Source: Azolla caroliniana
Lineage: Eukaryota > Plantae > Polypodiophyta
NCBI GenBank assembly: GCA_043228905.1
Contig: JBHGNT010000012.1
Span: 2,356,001-2,420,000 of the forward strand
Reading direction: 5' to 3'
DNA: 64,000 nucleotides
The notes beneath the pieces were generated by a model. It was not told where the DNA came from, ran no database searches, and saw nothing but the letters and a program-made list of their open reading frames with translations. Every line of letters begins with the position of its first letter. Positions within the stretch are counted from its first letter, which is position 1. Positions 51,250-64,000 of this stretch are shown here, one piece after another. A program made the position numbers and the translations under genes.

Positions 51250-51990
51250 ATGAGGTTGTTAACTGTGTAAAATTCCTTGCTAGTTACCTTCGTATGGTGG
51301 ATATATCTACCATAGTTTTTTAGACTAGTAATGATTTAGGGCTTTGTAATGCATACAATAGAAATTGTGAATTGGAATGTTGAAATTGCCGAATTTGTCA
51401 ATTGGAATGTAGAAATTGTCGAAATTTGTCTCGATTGTAGAAATTGTTAATTGGAGTTAGCCCAAGAAGGCAATCGGAAGAGGTTAGTAATCATGTAAAA
51501 TGCCTTGCTAATTACCTCGGTAGGGTGGATCTAGCTACCATAATAGATTTTTCTGAACAGTAATTATTTAGGGATTTGTAATGAATACTTGTAGAGATTG
51601 TTAATTGGAACGTTGAAATTGTAGAAATTGTCAATAGGAATGTAGAAATTGTAGAAAATTATAAATCCGAGTGTAGAAATCGTCAATTGGAATTAGCCAA
51701 AGAAGGCAATCGGAAGAGGTTGTTATCCTTGGTAAAATTCCTTGCTGATTACATACTATACCGTAGCATTTTAGAATAGTAATGATTTAGGGCTTTGTAA
51801 TGAATCCCGCAGAGATTGTCAAATTGGAATGTCCAAATTGTAGAAGTTGTCAAATCGGAATGTAGAAATTGTCAATTGGAACGTTAAAATTGTGTCAATT
51901 TGGAATGTAGAAATTTGTCAATTGGAATTATTCCAAGAATGGCAATTGGAATTAGCCCGAGAAAGGCAATTGGAATTAGCCCAAGAAAGG
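51250..51990. repeat. Three tandem units of about 235 bp with nested GAAATTGTCAATTGGAATGTA subrepeats
   Basis: GAGGTT..GTAAAATTCCTTGCT unit starts near 51252, 51480 and 51716. Confidence 0.8.
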
Positions 51991-52477
51991 CAGAGCAGAC
52001 GCGTGTAAGGAAGGAATCAAGAGTCTTCTTCACTAGAAGAACGTATATATATATGTACAGATCGGATCAATCAATCAGTCAATCAATAATCAGTAGTGGT
52101 GGTAAATAGTAATCTGCAGTATAACAAACAGTAAAAAAGCACCAAATTGGAACAACTGAAGATCAAGTTGGAACCAATCTGTAACTACTAATTTCTTACT
52201 CATCCTTCTTCTCGAGTTAGATTTATAGATTTAGAAACTAATCTATCTTATATATTCTCCTGCAATCTTACGCTACTTGTAAAGATCGATCGACTCGAGT
52301 TATATTTCTAGATTTAGAAGGTTTACTACTACTAATCTCTCTTATATATTCTCCTGCAAATTTACGCTACTTGTAAAGATCGATCGACACGACACCGGCA
52401 GACAATACATTGCATAGATTTCAATAGAATTTAGTCAGGACACACACATCTTCGCTATTGTATCAATACATACAGTC

Positions 52478-52762
52478 ATGAAGCTCGTGATGTCTGCTAA
52501 TCTGATGATGGTGCTCCTGATCCTCCTCCTGGGTCTGCATATGATGAGCGTGATGGATGGCCCTGCAAGTGGCGGTTTCACTGGAGGGGTGGAGGCGGCA
52601 CGACCTGTTGCTCCATGGACAAGAAGCATCATGGACAGCGGCCATGGCGACATGGAGGAGCTTTCCCTCGGAGAGCAGGAGAAGGTGATGGCTCTGAGCG
52701 AGAACATGGACAGCGCCAACAGGGAGCTCATGGCCACTGATCCTTACTACCACCATTGGTAG
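52478..52762 (+). CDS. Putative small secreted peptide precursor (94 aa), family unassigned
   Basis: GC-rich ORF in AT-rich surroundings; hydrophobic N-terminus (LMMVLLILLLGL), VEAARP, acidic pro-region, MDSANRELMA, C-terminal TDPYYHHW. Confidence 0.7.
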   Translation: MKLVMSANLMMVLLILLLGLHMMSVMDGPASGGFTGGVEAARPVAPWTRSIMDSGHGDMEELSLGEQEKVMALSENMDSANRELMATDPYYHHW

Positions 52763-52771
52763 AAAGCTCCA

Positions 52772-52990
52772 AAAAATCTGTCAATCCTATGTGTGCCTGT
52801 TGACCACATATATGATTAATCCTATTGTGTCCATGGTGACCGCATATATGATTATACAGATTGCAAAAATCTGTCAATCCTATGTGTGCCTGTTGACCAC
52901 ATATATGATTAATCCTATGTGTCCATGTTGACCACATATATGATTATACAGATTGCAGAGTATACATGATTATACAGATTGCAGAGTATT
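52772..52990. repeat. Compound tandem repeats directly 3' of the peptide ORF
   Basis: About 93-bp duplication (52772 and 52865) built of AATCCTATGTGT..TTGACCACATATATGATTA units, then ATGATTATACAGATTGCAGAGTAT twice. Confidence 0.8.
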
Positions 52991-54734
52991 ATCTAAATCA
53001 TCCAGACTATGCTTGGAATATTATATGCAGATTATTATTAATCTATTGGCTAATTTCTGTCAATCCAACAAGAACTCATGACACCCTTCTGTCTGTCTCT
53101 AGTCTTCAAGTCCATATTATTAATCTTTTGTTCATTTGTTTCCCCATATCATCAACCTTTTGTTCATTTGTTTCCATTTCCTTTGAATTCCAGAATTATA
53201 TATTGGAATCTTTCTTTTTTTCTGAATACCAAGCTTATATGGAAACATGGTCTGTCATGTCTTAAGTGTAATCTTGTATGAATCTGTGCCACATATATAG
53301 CCTCCAGTTATATAATCCTACATGCAATAATTACGATTCCAATTCGTTGCTTCCCTCATAATGCAGCCTTGAGATTTGTCAATTGCTTCCTTCAGTTAGA
53401 TTGCACGGTAAATTCATGTCTGCCAATCAAACACACAATTATTCAGACCCGGATTCATGCCGATACCATATGTTAAACCTATCTTATTGTCAATCGCTTC
53501 CTTCAGTCATATTGCAAGGTAAATTCATGTCTGCTGGGTAAACACACAATCTTCAGAATCGGATTCACAGACCGAGTATGCACATCTAGAATTGCAGCAA
53601 ATTAGCTTCTACGCAAAATGTTATATTATCGTTGCAATCTGATGAGGATTACCTGCAAGACCCAGTTATATACATATGCAGAAGCAGACCCTTTCTATCA
53701 AGGCCTTTCTTTGTGTTATATGTATATGCTTCTATACTTAGGGTTATCTCTAACTAGCTAGTAGTGCAGATCCATGCATTCACAATTTCACACAATAGGC
53801 TCAACCTCTTCATTGCATTAATAAATATAGTTACCATGATACATTGCGATCTATCTATTTTAAGAATGACTATTTTTTCTAAGAATGGATATTTTTTCGG
53901 CATGTTTTCGAACATTATAAGAACGAATAACGAATATTTTTACGGCATGTTAATATATGATCTATTATGTATCGTATTCTTTTTCGGAAATGCAACAATG
54001 GTGCGCGAAGCAAGGTGAGTGTTGCTAGTTCGCTAGCAAGCTAGATTTGCTCAAACACCTGGTCCATGCTCCACCATTGAAATATGCTCCACCATTGAAA
54101 TAATACTTATGCATTCTTAAACCCTTGATTTGATTAGTTTATAGAGGGTGGTGCACCAAGGTAAAGAGGCATATGATGCATAGGGAACTCATGGAGAAAT
54201 TTGTACCTAGAATAGAGCAAGGTCTATACAAAAGAAAAGGGTGGAACCAAGGAAAGACAAGACCCACGATCCACGATTGAAGCAAGTCTTTGCAAATAAG
54301 GGATGCGTAGGTGTAAGAATCTAATTAACGCCAAATCAAATTAGTGATAAGATATAAAGAAGAAAGGGTGCTAGACCACCCAACACCCCCTAACTAAGGT
54401 GCGACATAAATACGAGCCCCCCCCCCCCCCTAGTGTCTCATACTATCGAGTTCGAACATGGATTGTATATTGGTTTTGAAGAAGGTGGCACATGTGTATG
54501 AAGTTAGATCTTTGCAACACTATTAGGAGTCCCAATCAAAATAAGAAAGATGACCCCCGTCATAGTTAACCTTCTAATTTCTTATATAGGCTCTTCTAAT
54601 TTCTTATATAGGCTCAAAACGCTAGGCCCTTGTATGCTTCGTACTTGGTTGTTTTATTCAAAGTGGCCAAGTGATGGAACGTTATAAAGTTCTCTTCCAC
54701 TGTAATATTTATCTCAATCTTCACCCTTCAATCC

Positions 54735-55950
54735 TTATGAATTAGCCACACCTAGCCTTGAGGTTAGAGAACTATTATAATTATGCTCGTGCCATTCAAT
54801 AACAATGGAATTATTGTTAGAAACCAAGAGCTCTTTGAAATGACAAACATGAACACCGTGATGAACTTTGATGCTAGCTAGAAAGTTCAAGTGATCAACA
54901 AACGAACCAATGCGCTTATGAACGGTCCACAATAACACAAACTCTTAGCTAATTTAGTAGACTTTCCCATAGACAACTTTCGTCATGAGGCACCACGTAA
55001 AAACAGTTTTTGTCTAGGAAAAAATGCACGAGGTTGGTGTTGGTGATAAGCATAAAAGCGGGCTTTGTCCTAATAAATTATTATATTGTTACGAGTTATA
55101 TGCACTTTTTAGATGAAATTGCTTACAGAATTAAGATGATGACTAGATTTTGATCAACGAGAATCTATATAGGTAGGTGTGAGCATAGAAAGGATATTTA
55201 AAATGTAGAAGAACACATGTGTCACTAGCTGTCATAGTGCAATTAATGATAATGCTCTCCACGACAGTAAGTGTTATGCATAATTAGTTCCACAGATGTT
55301 GTTGCGCTAACCATGGTAAACTCGGAAAAGATTACAACACGATTTCATGACTATCAAATGATCATAAACTTTAAAATGTTGTTGTAGTATAGGATTTATG
55401 ACTATTTTAATCCAATGAGATTCCATGGAACTAGATGCAACCAAAGAAATGATATTTGTAATCAAAGGGAGGCACATTTCACTAGCATTTGAGCCACTAA
55501 TGAAATTATTCAAGATTGTGCATGGATAAACTTGGCTTCTTCTTTATTATGACACTTAGACTAAATTTTAAGAGTCTATTACTAATCAATAGACAAAAAT
55601 AAAGTAAAAAGAAGGAAAATAGATGGGATAGAATAACCTGTTCCACCTGACCACCCTCGAGTTATGATCTAGACATAACCAACCTACCACCGACATCCCA
55701 TACTGCTGGATATTAGGATGACTAATACCTTGGAAGAGATAAACACGATTGTCGTGACTTAAGCCTAGCCCGCACCACCGGTGTCTAAGACAACGACCTT
55801 CTGACGTAATGTCCTTATGGGGGTAGCTAAGCCTCGCATTTATACCTTTTCTTAGGCCCCTTGAATAGATGTGCCTTTCTAAAAGGCCCTCCATTCATTG
55901 GTTGTCCAAATCATGATAGTGCATGCACCTATCATTCCTTCAATCCAATC
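54735..55950 (-). mobile_element. Old chromovirus relic (integrase C-terminus and LTR-like sequence)
   Basis: Minus strand KLAK..YCGPF..KVHHGVHVCHFKELLVSNNN parallels 10045-10200; the reverse complement of 55640-55710 resembles the gypsy LTR (GTATGGGATGTCG..CTCGAGGGTGGTCAGGTGGA). Confidence 0.55.
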
Positions 55951-58603
55951 ACATTAGTACTCTTTTTAACATTAGTCAACATACCCTTCACTTATGTAAA
56001 TATTTGTGACCTACCCTCACATACGTTATGTGTACATAACAGTTAGTGATTCGAGCTACAATGATGCAGAGGAATGATATGGAAGTTTGCGATTGAACTA
56101 ATTACCCAAAGGGCTGGTTAAGATTACAACTAAATTTTAACGATGATTGTTCACTTTCTTATAGAAGACTTCCTCATATACCTAATTAAAACACTAGATG
56201 TATATAGGGAAGGCATAATTACCAAAATAGGCCCTAAATACAGTAGTACTGCTAAAATAAGCTATGATTTATTCCTTAAATTTGTAGGCCTATTTTTGTA
56301 AATAAGTTTCTCCCGCTCTTTTGTTTATTTCTTTCACGTTTTATTTCTTTGCTTTTTTGTTGCTTCTATCTTCTTCTTCTTTTATTTAATTTAATTTATT
56401 TTGTTTCTGCCGGAAGAATTTCTGCTTCTTCACCTTCTGCTTCGCGAAATTCTTCCTTCTCCATAGCTTTTCTGCTTCGGCTTGTTCTTGGAGCATTTAG
56501 TTTCGCTCTCTTACTTTCCAGGTACGTTTCTATCCCCGGTTTCAGAATCCGTTTTCTTTTATTCGTGTTGTTTCTCTTTTCTTAGGTTTTCTTATCTCTT
56601 TCAATGAAAACGCGTTTCCTGTTTTTCTCTTATTTGATTCTCTGGATTTGGATTTGTTTTTGCTTTTGCGGTTTTTTCGTTTGTTTTGAGAGCTGAAGAA
56701 ATAATTTGGTGATTGAACCTCAGTGCAAACTGCATTTCCTTTTCTTTGTTATTCTATTAGATCTGTCAACTTGTTAACAAAGAATAGTCTTTTAATTCTA
56801 TTGATGTCTGTGCGAGATCTGTCAAATTATAACGAAAGAAAACACGTTTTTAAATTTTCATTGGCTCTGTCGTGATGATCTTTATGAGTTGAGATAGATC
56901 AACTGGTTAATTCTAATTGCATTGATTCTGCGGTGATCTATGTCAAATGCAAAGGTAAAACTGGATTTACATTATAATCATTATAATCTTGTGATTTGTC
57001 AGCTTTAAAGATGAAGTAGTTCTAGAATCTCGCTGTTTTTTGGTGTATGATATGTCTATTGTAGACATCATCTGGTTTTAAATCACATTGTGCTTTTGTT
57101 TTTCCGATTGTCTGATTTTTACTGTATATAAGCTTTCACAAAGACATTTTATCTCACAAAAATCTGGTTTTATTTATGTGGAAGACATATAATCTAGTTC
57201 TTTGTGGAGAAATACATAAATTTCACAAAACTTCTGTTGTTTATGGAGAAACATACATATCACTAAGTCTAGAAGAAACATACACATTTTTCACGAAAAT
57301 CTAGCTTTATATGGAAAAATAATCATTTTCAGATTGTTCTGATATTGAATATTTCAGTAGAGAGGCCGAAACAAAAATTATAAGTCATTGTTGCAAGGAT
57401 TTCCATAGATGCTGCTGTAGCTCTGTGTAAACTTGTATTTATTAAAAAAGTCCACTTGCATTTGTTGAAAAAAATGCTTAATTTACTATAACTTTGGAAT
57501 CACCTTCAAACTTTGGAATTGAATAGGTGAACATACCTCTAAGTCATGATAAAACCTTCAAATATTGAAATATGAGTTAAATATTTTTAGCAAATTTAGA
57601 TGAAGGTACATTAGGACCTATGGTTTGCAAAAACCAGAATATAGTGCAGTATTACTTAATTGGAAGTCCACATACCTTTTAATGATTCAAAATATTGAAA
57701 TATTAGTTAATAAAGAACATTATAAATTAAAGGTTTAAGTTTAGGTTTATTAGCGTTGTTTTCCAACAGTCTTGTATAACCCTCTTTATACCTTCTAGTA
57801 GTGAGGCATGCTTTTTTTCTTTACATAACTTGGTCCACAACTTAGTTTTCTATCAGATGATGATAGTTGGAGCTATTCTCTGCTTCACTATAAATCATTT
57901 GATTGTTGTATTTAATGGTTTTGGTTTAGTTTAAACCCAAAAGTTAAGCAGATTTAGGAGAAGTCCCATATTTTTGGGAAAATTTAGTTAAATTATTGGC
58001 TGAATTTATGCACGAATAATAGGAAATTACAATGAAATAGCACAAATTTATATGATTATCTTGGATTTTTTCTCCATAGTGCCTTACATACATTTTGTAT
58101 CAGGGAAAATAAAAAGTTGAACCTGTGTTCTTGTGAATGAGGGCACCTTTCTCAGGAACACTGGACATGCATTTGCATCACATAAGAAAAAAGTATTTGA
58201 GAAATTGAACATGGAGAACTTGTAGCATCACATAAGAAAAAATTGTTTGAGAAATTGAACATGGAGAACTTGTATTCTGGTACTTTTCAAAATTTTGATC
58301 TGATGATCTTCCATCACTTCTTAGTTTGGAAATTGACTTGAACAATTAAATATATTCAACCAATGTATGTAGGAATGATCAATGTTAGAATGCCACATTT
58401 CATCTCAAACATCGTGGATATGATAAATGTGAAATCATCCACTGTGAGTTACTAAGGTTTTCTTGCATATAGTCTCATGATTGTGTGCTTGTATTTTATT
58501 CCTGTAACTTCCATTTTTGCTCTTTGCCAAAAAGGTTATTCTTTTTTTGTGGGTTGTAGTTTTCTCAAGCAGTCAAAGAGTGTGGAATGTAAATTATCAA
58601 AGA

Positions 58604-61600
58604 ATGGCTCCCAGCATGAAGTATTGGGATGATTGGGTGGATGCTGAAGATATGGAGTCAATGTGGGGTGATCCGGCAGTTTGTGCAGAATGGATTGCTG
58701 CTGGAGAAAAGCAAGGGCATAAAGTACATATTTCACGGAATTCCGGTGGAAAGCCTTATGTTACCCAGACAGAGATGAGGGTATTTATATTATACTTATG
58801 TTGCTATAAATTTTACTGTTTTTAACAAGATGGTGACAAAGAAATATGAAAATTATGTCACCACATCTATCTGTTCTAATGTTGTTTGAAGGTGGATTTT
58901 GGTTATTAGTCAAATAAGATCTAAGCATAGGTTTTATCTGAGGGGACTGCAAAGCATACATAGTATAGAATGGCTGAAGCACGCATATTACTTTCTGAGG
59001 TTGTACAGACCTGAAGTAAAGCATAGGTTACCTTAGAAAATCAAGCAACGAAATATACAACTAAAAATAGCAACTTTACTCTCCGGAGGGACTACAAAGA
59101 CATCTAAATGCCTTAAAACTATTTTGTACAGACAAAAGTTTGTGATAAACATAGATAAAACTAAAGTGATGGTGTTTAACACCACTCAAGCATGGACAAG
59201 ATCAGAACCAGAATTCTTCTCTGGAGAGAAAAAGGTGGAATACACATGCCCTTGCCCTAGGAGTAACATTTACATGGCCTAGCTTCTCCTTACGGGAAGC
59301 TGCTTGTGCCCAACTTTCTCATGCATATGCAGCCTTTGGTGCTCTTGATAGACAATGTGCACATTTTCAGTTCCAAGAGCCACGAACTAAGCTGCAGTTA
59401 TTTGATACACTTGTCACACCAACTCTTCTCTATGGAGTAGAAACGTGGGGACTGAGTCTTAACAAAGCAAATCATTTGAAAGATGTAGAGAGACCTTTAG
59501 TGTCAATGATTGCCCGCATGATAAGGAGCAAAGCATTGGTGCTCCATGAGATGACCGAGGCATTGTTCCGATTAGTGACTTGTATCCAATTTCTTTGGGA
59601 GCTTCCTAAACAAAGGTACCCAAGGTCGGTACTTATTTTATCAAGATAACTGGCTGAAAATGGAGACATTCATTGTTGGTATGCTGAAATGCAGCAATGG
59701 CTCGGGCCACATGGCATAAGCATAAATGCACTACCCCTGTTCCAATATAGGTTGGACTGTCCCCATCTAAACATGTCCAAAGTGGAAAAGAATAGAGTGA
59801 TCCGAACTGATATTATTAACTTGGAAAACAAGATAACATGGATCAGCCCCAAAATATCACTTGGTATGGATATAGCTCAGGACAAGACACGTTTTAGACA
59901 CATTGGAGGATAGATTCATCATCAAGTCACCTTATATGGACATACATCTATCCGATGTGTTGCACAGTGTGATTGAGGTAGGTAGATATACACAAATACC
60001 TCTAGAAGAAAGAGTTTGCCAATTGTGTCATTAGAGTGGAATATGAAGAACACTATGCTTGACACTATAGTGTCTTTTATGAAATAAGAGGGAGATAGCA
60101 TTGCCTCTTTAAACATGACTTTGACCCACTACGCAAGGTAATGGAATATGAGGACCAACTGTGCCAAGGACTTTTCTTGTTGGAACTCAAGAGACACATG
60201 GACAAGTTGTTGAAGGACTATAGTACAACCACACAAGCTCATCTAGAAAGAACAATCACAACTTTCTTTAGCCCTATCACTCATACTAATGCTACAAGCC
60301 AATCAAGGGCCACACAAATGGGCTCCCCACCAAGACATAACAAAGGGGTTACAATAGATCGGGCAATAGCAATTTGTCGAGCACGTAGGCCCTGACCCCA
60401 GAGACCATGACCTCACCACCCTTGTCATTGATAGATAAAGGCCAATATCTCCCCCCATCACAGGCGCTTCCCTCGCTTTGGAGACCTCTCCATTCTGGAT
60501 CGACCTATGCTAGAGATCTGTTGAAGACAAAGTTATAATATATCTAACTTGAGAATCTTACATGTGCCGATAACCAGATTCTTTTGTCTCTTTTTATCTT
60601 ATTTACTTTCATATTTACTTAGTAATATTTATTTTATTTTGATTCGTTGTTCTCAAAGACAACATAGCACTTAAGATGTAATCTCTTGTTTGGTCTTATA
60701 GGCCATTTTTGTGAGAAAAGCGGTTAATAGCAGCAGCGGAACAGTTTTTAGAACCAAATAGACACAGCCAAGCTGTGAGAAGGCTGTTAGACAGCAGTAG
60801 AAAAAATGGTTGCAAAGAGTAGAGACACATCCAAAGAGTAGAGCTTGTTTGTAAGTAGCAACATAGTAAAAGTCTTTACAAAAGAGGCTGGTATAGTCTA
60901 TTTATACAAAAATGGGGAAAGTGGGTGAAATGGTTGTTTGGTAGTTAAGTGACTCTTGATAGGTACAATAAACTACGAATAAGAGGGAATATAATATCTT
61001 GGAAAAAGTGGAAGAGAGAAGGCATTTAAAGCGTTGTAGATTCTAGAGAGAGAAGGCATTTAAAGAGTTGCAGATTCTAGAGAGAAGAAGAATCTAGGAA
61101 GAGAGAGAATGTAGAACATAGATAATAAAGATGAAAGAGAGTGCAGGTCTGGAGCTGCCACCCTCCAACAATTTTGGCCTCTTAAAAGACATTATATATC
61201 TTTCTTTCTTTTTCCATTAAGTTTCTTAGCTTCAATTTTCTTTGTTGGATCTTGCAATATCAATCACTGTGAACAGCAAAGATGCACGGAACAATTCAGT
61301 GTCTAACCAACTGAATTTACATTATTTATCGGAATATATTAGTATAATAAGCGTACATGGACAAAAACCTCTGATGTACAAGCTACATCGTATCCAGCAC
61401 AAAGAGGGTTTCAAACTAGCAGCATAATAGATATATTGCTATTTTAGTGTATTACATTTGCTAGTTAGTGTTCAAAACGAAGATCAAAACTGATTTACAA
61501 ATTACTTGTCTTTTTATGTATGTGCTTTTTGAGTTGCTTATTCCATTCTCCATCACAGACAGTAGTCCATATCTAACACAGTTCCTTTTCCTCGTTCTTC

Positions 61601-63539
61601 ATATATGTGAGTTGCAACTTTATATTCTTATGGGTTGACTGATTTCTTCTTGGGTTTGTTTACCATGCAGGCTATGGCAACAATCATCATCGATAGGCAT
61701 TTCAATGGCAAGTTAGATCCTGTAAGATTTTCCACTCTTGCGATCCTTTCTCCCTGCATACAGAATGACATGAATGATAAGTGTACATAGTAGTTGGAAC
61801 AACATTTATGATGATTTAGCTTCACATGAAATAGTATGTGTCCAAATGCATATGTCATGAATATTGAGAATAAAATGGGGGGATCAATAGGATGAAAAAG
61901 CATGTGAATACTAGTACTTTAATTTTATCTATTCTCTGCAATACCACACTATATGGGGATCATGATTAGCAGATATCCTATTGGTATAGCTTGTCAATGG
62001 TTTTTGTCTCCCTGCAAATGGCATTCCTCTCCTCCTATGCCATTTCATGCAATGGCTCCTCTACGGGGATTGTCTTCTAATTTTTTTTTTAATGTCTCAT
62101 AGGACCTTAATTTCCACATAATTTCGATTTCACACTTGCATCAAGATTGAAGTTACTGTCCCACCTTCTTACATATGACACAGAACTGTTGGGCTGACCT
62201 GGGATATGTCAATCTGAAAATTCAAGGCTTATGTCAAACATCTGGATAAGAACCCACGTGATCTTTAACTTCAAATGATACAAGCTAAATGCACGCATAA
62301 TGGAAATATGATTAAAACACACGACGAGGAACACTGAATTGGTCACATCTGCAAAATCACCACTTCCTATACATATACAGTAACTTGTGGCTACCCACTT
62401 AGTATTCTCATTTACTAGACTACTTGGATTCACTTATTTAGGGCATGTTTCTTTGAATATACGTTACATTGGGTATCTACACAAAAGCTCTACCATTTGT
62501 GCAAACATATCAACACTGAATCTATTCCACATTTTTTATGGTATTCTAAAGATATCAGGGATTTGTTGCATTTCTGCAAAAATGGACTTACTGTTTTAAA
62601 TGTCGCTTTCCATTCCTCAAAGTTAAAAAAGTTCTTTTATATTTGTTACATGTAACACCATTTATGGGTCTAGATATGAGGCATTGATTCTTGATACTTC
62701 TGATGTTAGATTGAACTCTGCACATCAAAGACAGTTTCAACAACTGCTCTTTGATTGTGGTAGGGTAAATGAGATTGCATCTGTGAGAAATATGTTTCCA
62801 TGTATATTACCTTGAGCAGGCTGTTGGGGTGATCTATAATACTGACTGTTAATTGAAACGGGACACGTTTTAAGTAGCTCTCAATGTATACCCCTACATC
62901 ATTGAAATGGTTTCTTGTAGATGTATAGCTGAATGTCACTATTACTGCACAGTGGGATGTGTACTGTTTTAGGATATAGGTGTTCATGTCAAAACATGGC
63001 ATTCTTTGGCTGTGTTTTATGAGCTGCTCGTAAGGTCTCTGTATGTTTAAAGGTGGTGAACCAGTTTGTGTTATGAAAATAAAAATGCTCGCAGGCGATG
63101 TTAGATTTTTCATATTTATGTGCATGCTATTCCTATTAGCTCAGTAAAGTCAACTCCTTCTGGAGAACTGCCTACACAACGACGTCTGTCATAATGTATA
63201 AAGTTCCTTCTGCAGGTTATGATCTGTGCTATAGCAGAAATTGAAAGTGATCGCCAACCTCTGGCCTATCGTTTTGAGCCCAAACTTAAGGAAGCAAGCA
63301 CTGGATTAATGCAAATGTTGCAGTCTACTGCTGAATGGCTTGCTAGGTAATGACATTGAAGTTAAAGAAAACCTGTGGTAGACATTTCCAAAATTTGAGA
63401 TCTCAAACCATGTTCATTGCAGGGACATGGGCTACAAACATTACACTGTTGATTGGTCATCATCAATGTTATATAGGCCATTTGTGAGTGTGTATTTTGC
63501 TGCGGCATTCTTGAAATGGCTTTCTACATATAAAAGAGA
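58604..63539 (+). CDS. Transglycosylase SLT/lysozyme-like domain protein (At1g16290-like), 3' end beyond window
   Basis: Exons 58604-58780, 61671-61721, 63216-63346, 63423-63539 in frame: YWDDWVDAEDMESMW..PYVTQTEMR/AMATIIIDRHF/MICAIAEIESDRQP..GLMQ/..LYRPFVSVYFAAAFLKWL; probable 5'-UTR exon ending at 56521. Confidence 0.88.
59075..61200 (+). mobile_element. 5'-truncated LINE in the first coding intron of the SLT gene
   Basis: Reads GLQRHLNALKLFC, KTKVMVFN, LFDTLVTPTLLYGVETWG, CWYAEMQQW; homologous to 41.9-42.8 kb; its 3' tail is split by a solo LTR; boundaries approximate. Confidence 0.8.
60710..61170 (-). mobile_element. Solo LTR (461 bp) of an unrelated family
   Basis: TG..CA termini with 5-bp TSD ATTTT (60705-60709 and 61171-61175); TATAAATA and a CT-rich tract on the minus strand. 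Confidence 0.8.
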
Positions 63540-64000
63540 GTATGTATTCCAATCCTTTGGACACCAGACTCATTATGAAAACCAGAAATCATGTCAAATT
63601 AGTCTTATGAATTAATAGGTTCCAAAGATTTTCATTTTGTGAAAGATACCTGAAGTGATAAGTTAAACTTCCTATTCCTGAAACCACCATATATAATATT
63701 AACATCTGTGCCCTAGGGCTGATGGATCAGCTGGCTCTGTAGTCATAAGTTGTACCTGAGAGTGCTATTTGAGGTGGAAGTGATAGGAGGAATGATTTTA
63801 TGTAATGCTATCTGCAATCAGTACAAGTATGAGATGCATGTGTGTGGCTTTGTTTGGGCTGACTTTTTCCAAATGGCCAAATGCTCCTAAGCAGACCTCT
63901 CTGATTATGTAGTGATTGCAGGAGATTCCACCATCATAGACAAGGAAGAAGATCCTGTCTTTGGAGGATTGTGGATGATGCCTTGTACTAGGGATAGACA

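Overview
Land-plant nuclear DNA (intron-rich genes and heavy retrotransposon load; a fern or other non-angiosperm is plausible but cannot be established from sequence alone). Bases 1-17.8 kb are a nested and partly deleted LTR-retrotransposon pile: three Ty1/copia elements, a full-length chromodomain Ty3/gypsy element with TSD, a solo LTR and a truncated copy of the same gypsy family, and an antisense tRNA-Trp-primed gag-only element. Bases 18-27 kb hold decayed TE relics. Next come a 10-exon NAT11/12-type nucleobase-ascorbate transporter gene (+) convergent with a 10-exon HIBCH-like hydrolase gene (-), two hAT-type MITEs, a LINE, and a decayed tRNA-Asp tandem array with a full-length copia inserted 17 nt upstream of one copy. 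The window ends with an orphan secreted-peptide ORF in repeat-rich flanks and the first coding exons of an SLT/lysozyme-like gene. The most interesting signals are a regularly spaced, covarying hairpin array inside a candidate 1.5-kb leader intron of the gypsy element, a tandemly duplicated frame-incompatible exon in the HIBCH-like gene, the tRNA-proximal copia insertion and the orphan peptide. All coordinates and alignments were read by eye.
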